Positions 59,409 through 64,000 of a DNA stretch of 64,000 bases are shown one piece after another. The number at the start of each line of letters is the position of its first letter. The first letter of the stretch is position 1. Source of the stretch: Clostridia bacterium (lineage in GTDB: Bacteria > Bacillota > Clostridia > Monoglobales > Monoglobaceae). The notes below the pieces were generated by a model, which made no database searches, was not told the origin of the DNA, and was given only the letters and a program-made list of their open reading frames with translations. The translations under genes were made by a program, and so were the position numbers. The stretch lies in assembly GCA_045587365.1 (NCBI GenBank), contig JAZNCD010000078.1:3557-67556 (forward strand), written 5' to 3'.

Positions 59409-60380
59409 ATGAAATATAAAAATTGTCACAAATTAATTTTTTGTATCGCTTTTATTATGTTAATTGTATGCGGATGTAATGGTGCATCTGTTGATTATAC
59501 AACTAATTCACAAAAGATAAATATACTTTGCACAGGGTTTTCGCAATATGACTGGACAAAAAACATTGTAGGTGAACTTGACACAATTAATGTCGATTTA
59601 CTGCAAAAGATGGGCGTTGATATCCATAATTTTCAACCATCTGCAGATGATATTATAAGAATATCGGGTTGTGATATGATAATCTGTACAGGCGGAGAGT
59701 CGGACAAGCCAATAATTAATATACTTGACTCCCTTGGAGACAAGAAACCAATTGTTATCAATATGATGTCAGAGCTTGAGCCACATCTTATCTGTATTGA
59801 CGAACATTCATCAAACCAACACCACACCCACAATAACACTATGGAGTATGACGAACACATATGGCTCTCCATTAAAAACGCTGATGTACTATGCAGAATT
59901 ATATCAGACAACATAATATCTATCGACCATTCCAATGCCGAAACATATAAAGCAAATACAGAGCAATACCTTGCACAACTATCAAACCTTGACAAAAAGT
60001 ATCAAAATACGATTGACAATTCACTTCGTCGGGAGATTGTCTTTGCTGACAGATATCCCTTTGCATATCTTGCAAAAGACTATGAGCTAACCTGTTTCTG
60101 TGCTTTTCCGGGATGCTCTGCCGAGACAGAGGCATCCTTTGAGACCGTAGTATCTCTTGCAGAAAAAATTGGCGAGCTTAACCTAACATCCGTAATGACA
60201 ATAGACAAAGGCTACACAAGCATTGATGAGGCAGTTATATCAAACTGTAAAACATCGGGAATAAAAACATTGTCACTAAACTCTCTGCAGTCTGTTTCAA
60301 ACGATGAAATAAATTCGGGGCTCTCCTACCTCTCCACCATGGAGGATAACCTGTCAATCATTAAGGAATCACTGAACTAA
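59409..60380 (+). CDS. znuA: Metal (probably zinc) ABC transporter substrate-binding lipoprotein
   Basis: Lipobox ...LIVCGC..., cluster-9 SBP fold, His-rich loop HSSNQHHTHNNTMEYDEH typical of ZnuA/AdcA. Confidence 0.7.
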   Translation: MKYKNCHKLIFCIAFIMLIVCGCNGASVDYTTNSQKINILCTGFSQYDWTKNIVGELDTINVDLLQKMGVDIHNFQPSADDIIRISGCDMIICTGGESDKPIINILDSLGDKKPIVINMMSELEPHLICIDEHSSNQHHTHNNTMEYDEHIWLSIKNADVLCRIISDNIISIDHSNAETYKANTEQYLAQLSNLDKKYQNTIDNSLRREIVFADRYPFAYLAKDYELTCFCAFPGCSAETEASFETVVSLAEKIGELNLTSVMTIDKGYTSIDEAVISNCKTSGIKTLSLNSLQSVSNDEINSGLSYLSTMEDNLSIIKESLN

Positions 60381-60411
60381 ACTTGACTATGCTGAAAGGA
60401 AACGAAATAAT

Positions 60412-61122
60412 ATGACTCAAATAAAATGCAAAAATGTTTCTCTTGGATATAACGGAAAAATTGTGACAAAAAACATAGACTTTTCTGTAAACAAAGGCGA
60501 CTTTATGTGCATTGTGGGTGAAAACGGCTCCGGCAAAAGCACACTGATTAAAGCTATACTCAAACTTATAAAGCCACTTGACGGTCAAATTGAATTTAAC
60601 GAGAACACAACCTCTCCCTGCTTTGGGTATCTGCCTCAGCAAACAGGAATACAAATGGATTTTCCTGCAACGGTTAAAGAAATTGTTATGTCGGGATTTT
60701 CCGCCTGCTCCCATTGTCTGTCAGGCAGAGAACGCAGAAATCTTGCAGAGGTTAATATGAACAAGCTTGGGATTGTGGATATATCAAAAAAGTCCTTCAG
60801 GGAGCTGTCCGGCGGTCAGCAACAACGCGTGTTTCTTGCACGCGCTCTCTGCGCAGCAGGAGACACCCTTGTCCTTGACGAGCCCACATCAGGTCTTGAC
60901 GTCGTAGCTACAAATAAACTATACGAAACACTTTCATACCTGAATAAAGAAGAAAATATGACGATTATAATGGTGTCTCACGATATTAATGACGCCTTAA
61001 AACTTGCAACACATATACTGCACATAGGACGCGAGCAATTATTTTTTGGCAAAAAAGATGAGTATACAGGCAGTAGCGCAATAAAGATTTTTAAACATTG
61101 GGAGGGTGCAGACAATGACTAA
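60412..61122 (+). CDS. znuC: Metal ABC transporter ATP-binding protein
   Basis: Walker A GENGSGKST, signature LSGGQQQR, Walker B LVLDEP. Confidence 0.8.
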   Translation: MTQIKCKNVSLGYNGKIVTKNIDFSVNKGDFMCIVGENGSGKSTLIKAILKLIKPLDGQIEFNENTTSPCFGYLPQQTGIQMDFPATVKEIVMSGFSACSHCLSGRERRNLAEVNMNKLGIVDISKKSFRELSGGQQQRVFLARALCAAGDTLVLDEPTSGLDVVATNKLYETLSYLNKEENMTIIMVSHDINDALKLATHILHIGREQLFFGKKDEYTGSSAIKIFKHWEGADND

Positions 61123-61963
61123 TGGTGTATTATCCCTTTTTGATTACTTTAAATATCCTTTTGTTATATACGCCCTTGTTGTTGGGGTTTTAATCGCTCT
61201 GTCTGCATCGGTTCTTGGCGTAACACTTGTTTTAAAAAGATATTCCTTTATAGGCGATGGTCTGTCACATGTTGCCTTCGGGGCATTGGCTGTGGCAAGC
61301 ATTCTTAGAATTAACAACGAAATGATTGTTGTTATTCCGGTCACTGTACTCTGCGCAATAATACTTTTGTGTGCATCTCAGAATTCAAAAATTAAAGGAG
61401 ATTCTTCCCTTGCAATGTTGTCCGTCGGGGCGTTGGCAATCGGATATCTGTTACTGAATATATACCCCTCCTCGCAAAACATAACAGGAGATGTCTGTGG
61501 AACTTTATTTGGCTCAACATCGATATTAACCCTGTCAAAATCCGATGTTTGGGTCTGTGCAACAATATCAGCTATTGTAATACTTATGTTTGTATTTTTT
61601 TACAAAAAAATTTTTTTAATTACCTTTGACGAAAATTTTGCTGCCGCATCAGGCATAAGGGTCAGACTGTATAACACAGTTCTGTCAATAGTTTGCGCAA
61701 TAATAATTGCTCTTGCAATGAACCTTGTAGGCTCACTTTTGACATCGGCAATCATTGTTTTTCCTGCGGTATCTTCTATGCGTGTTTTTAAAAGCTTTAA
61801 AGGTGTAGTGTTGAGTTCTGCAATCTTTGCAGTTGTATGTGCAACGCTTGGAATTATGTTGTCAATCATTTTCGCAACACCCGTTGGCTCAACGGTTGTT
61901 GCAACAAACATAATCGCATTTGTAATATTTACTATAATAGGCAAATTTATGGCCATAAAATAA
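61106..61963 (+). CDS. znuB: Metal ABC transporter permease (ABC-3 family)
   Basis: 285 aa with about 8 TM. Overlaps znuC by 17 nt. Confidence 0.8.
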   Translation: MQTMTNGVLSLFDYFKYPFVIYALVVGVLIALSASVLGVTLVLKRYSFIGDGLSHVAFGALAVASILRINNEMIVVIPVTVLCAIILLCASQNSKIKGDSSLAMLSVGALAIGYLLLNIYPSSQNITGDVCGTLFGSTSILTLSKSDVWVCATISAIVILMFVFFYKKIFLITFDENFAAASGIRVRLYNTVLSIVCAIIIALAMNLVGSLLTSAIIVFPAVSSMRVFKSFKGVVLSSAIFAVVCATLGIMLSIIFATPVGSTVVATNIIAFVIFTIIGKFMAIK

Positions 61964-61973
61964 TAAATTGCAC

Positions 61974-62002
61974 TTGCACATAATAGGATTATGTGATAAA
62001 AT
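61974..62002 (+). promoter_or_regulatory. Sigma-A promoter for valS
   Basis: TTGCAC - 17 nt - (TGa)TAAAAT, about 50 nt upstream of the valS GTG. Confidence 0.5.
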
Positions 62003-62053
62003 AAAATAATGTTGCAGAATACGCAGCAGTTACTTAGGTTAGGAGTGATTTTA

Positions 62054-64000
62054 GTGGCAAAAGAGCTACCAAAAACATATGACCCCAAACAGGTCGAAAA
62101 AAGAATCTACAATGAATGGTGTGACAAAGGCTACTTCCACGCAGAGGTGGACAAGTCTAAAAAGCCTTTTACAATAGTTATCCCGCCTCCAAACGTTACA
62201 GGACAGCTCCATATGGGACATGCTCTTGATGAAACATTTCAGGATATAATTATCCGTACCAAGAGAATGCAGGGCTATAATGCCCTTTGGGTGCCGGGCA
62301 CGGACCATGCAGGTATTGCAACACAGATTAAGGTTGAAGAAGACCTCCGCGTGAACGAGGGTCTTACCCGTTACGACCTTGGCCGCGATGAGTTTTTAAA
62401 GCGTGTATGGCAGTGGAAAGAAAAATTTGGCGACAGAATTATAAGCCAGCTTAAAACTCTTGGCTGCTCCTGCGACTGGGACAGAGAGAGATTTACTATG
62501 GACGAGGGTTGCAGCAAAGCAGTCCGCGAGGTATTTGTTAACCTTTACGAAAAAGGTCTTATTTATCAGGGCAGCCGTATTATCAACTGGTGTCCAAACT
62601 GTGCAACTGCGCTTTCAGATGCCGAGGTTGAATATTCCGAGCAGGAAGGTTTCTTCTGGCATATTAAATATCCGATTAAGGATAGCGATGAATTTATTGA
62701 GATTGCGACAACAAGACCCGAGACTCTTCTTGGTGATACCGCAGTTGCAGTAAATCCTGAGGACGAGAGATATACTCACCTTGTCGGCAAGACTCTTATT
62801 CTTCCGCTTGTTGGCAGAGAAATTCCCATAATTGCCGATGAATACGTTGACAAAGAATTTGGTACAGGATGCGTAAAAATTACTCCTGCACATGACCCCA
62901 ACGACTTTGAGGTAGGTTTGCGTCATAATCTTGAACAGATAAAGGTTATGAATGACGACGCTACAATTAACTCATACGGCGGCAAGTATGAAGGTATGGA
63001 CAGATATGAGGCAAGAAAAGCTATGATTGCTGACCTTGAGGCAGAGGGGCTTCTTGTTAAGGTTGTTCCCCACACTCATAATGTTGGTCAGTGTTATCGT
63101 TGTTCAACAACTGTCGAGCCTATCACTTCAAAGCAGTGGTTTGTAAAGATGGAACCACTTGCAAAGCCTGCGGCAGAAGCCGTAAAGACAGGTGACACAA
63201 GATTTATACCTGAGAGATTTACAAAGACATATTCACACTGGATGGAAAACGTACACGATTGGTGTATTTCACGTCAGCTCTGGTGGGGACACAGAATTCC
63301 TGCGTTTTACTGTGATGCCTGTGGCGAAACAACAGTTTCAAAGGAAGATATCACAATATGTCCAAAGTGCGGTGCTCCTGTTAAACAGGACCCCGATGTA
63401 CTCGATACTTGGTTCTCTTCTGCACTCTGGCCCTTCTCTACTCTTGGATGGCCCGAAAAAACACCCGAGCTTGAGCATTTTTATCCTACATCCGTATTGG
63501 TTACAGGATATGATATTATCTTCTTCTGGGTTGCACGAATGATGTTCTCAGGTCTTGAGCATATGGGCGAGGTTCCGTTTAAAGATGTATATATTCACGG
63601 TCTTGTTCGTGACAGTCAGGGCAGAAAGATGAGTAAGTCCCTCGGTAATGGTATTGACCCTCTTGAGGTTATTGACCAGTACGGTGCAGACGCACTGAGG
63701 TTTACACTTGCAAGCGGTAACTCACCCGGAAACGATATGCGTTTTTATATGGAGCGTGTAGAGGCAAGCCGTAACTTTGCAAACAAAATATGGAATGCTT
63801 CCCGTTTTGTTATGATGAACCTTACCATAGACAAGTGCGAAACTCCTGATGTTTCAAAATTACAGATTGAAGATAAATGGATACTACATCAGTACAACGA
63901 GCTTGTAGGCGAAGTAACCGAAAATCTTGAAAAATACGAGCTAGGTGTTGCGGTTGCAAAGCTTTACGACTTTATTTGGGACAAGTTCTGTGACTGGTAT
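62054..64000 (+). CDS. valS: Valine--tRNA ligase, C-terminus beyond window
   Basis: GTG 8 nt after AGGAG, then [27 protein letters not shown]...[14 protein letters not shown]... (HIGH) and ...KMSKSLGN... at about 63630. The frame is open to the window end, so it is absent from the ORF track. Confidence 0.93.
   Translation, partial: MAKELPKTYDPKQVEKRIYNEWCDKGYFHAEVDKSKKPFTIVIPPPNVTGQLHMGHALDETFQDIIIRTKRMQGYNALWVPGTDHAGIATQIKVEEDLRVNEGLTRYDLGRDEFLKRVWQWKEKFGDRIISQLKTLGCSCDWDRERFTMDEGCSKAVREVFVNLYEKGLIYQGSRIINWCPNCATALSDAEVEYSEQEGFFWHIKYPIKDSDEFIEIATTRPETLLGDTAVAVNPEDERYTHLVGKTLILPLVGREIPIIADEYVDKEFGTGCVKITPAHDPNDFEVGLRHNLEQIKVMNDDATINSYGGKYEGMDRYEARKAMIADLEAEGLLVKVVPHTHNVGQCYRCSTTVEPITSKQWFVKMEPLAKPAAEAVKTGDTRFIPERFTKTYSHWMENVHDWCISRQLWWGHRIPAFYCDACGETTVSKEDITICPKCGAPVKQDPDVLDTWFSSALWPFSTLGWPEKTPELEHFYPTSVLVTGYDIIFFWVARMMFSGLEHMGEVPFKDVYIHGLVRDSQGRKMSKSLGNGIDPLEVIDQYGADALRFTLASGNSPGNDMRFYMERVEASRNFANKIWNASRFVMMNLTIDKCETPDVSKLQIEDKWILHQYNELVGEVTENLEKYELGVAVAKLYDFIWDKFCDWY

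Noticed and set aside
1-64000. Long antisense ORFs inside known genes: 10514..11026(-) in tyrS, 20453..20995(+) in ylbJ, 38779..39345(-) in dnaK/dnaJ, 43859..44446(+) in leuS, 57653..58216(+) in rnfC, 61600..62088(-) in znuB, 54209..54627(+) in rnfB
   Set aside because: All lie opposite strongly supported conserved genes. They have no RBS and their composition is biased or low-complexity. Open antisense frames of this kind are typical of codon-biased AT-rich genomes.
1-64000. Search for CRISPR arrays, IS elements or transposases, prophage genes, toxin-antitoxin or defence-system genes, tRNA/rRNA/tmRNA/SRP RNA/RNase P RNA
   Set aside because: I saw no direct-repeat arrays, no transposase or integrase ORFs other than the housekeeping xerD, and no large ATPase/nuclease defence-type ORFs. 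No intergenic region showed the conserved cores of these RNAs. The absence is based on reading the sequence, not on covariance-model scans.

Overview
AT-rich chromosomal segment with Firmicutes/Clostridia-type gene order, from an endospore former: spoIIM, ylmC/ymxH, ylbJ, yqfC, yqfD, ytfI and ytfJ/gerW are all present. It is almost entirely housekeeping. The conserved blocks are: SDR(partial) | spoIIM-xerD-purD | lon-engB-hisS-aspS-tyrS | ylmC, HD protein, CNNM/CorC | dgt-dnaG-sigA (minus) | trmK-nif3 | ylbJ | yqfC-yqfD | proA-patatin | alanine/glycine symporter behind a tandem glycine riboswitch | NifU-like + GGGtGRT pair | lysA-M50 protease-scpA-scpB-ytfI-ytfJ | CIRCE-hrcA-grpE-dnaK-dnaJ-prmA-rsmE | leuS-rsfS-LCP-yqeK-nadD (minus) | trmD-rimM-KH-rpsP-ffh-ylxM (minus) | rnfCDGEAB (minus) | zur-znuACB | valS (partial). 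I found no tRNA or rRNA genes, CRISPR arrays, transposases, phage genes or recognisable defence genes. The stretches the housekeeping map does not explain are: (1) a ~300-nt GC-rich, hairpin-dense, non-coding island between yqfD and a small membrane-protein gene; (2) a codon-optimised two-gene operon (NifU-like scaffold protein + GGGtGRT-family protein) of unknown function, with a strong promoter and a 23-bp palindrome; (3) a 610-bp two-ORF insert (Cys-rich ORF + XRE regulator) bracketed by two diverged copies of one terminator hairpin that keep their pairing through compensatory changes; (4) a 726-aa zinc-ribbon/TM/beta-propeller protein at the head of the nadD operon. All calls come from reading the sequence and the ORF track. 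No database searches were run.
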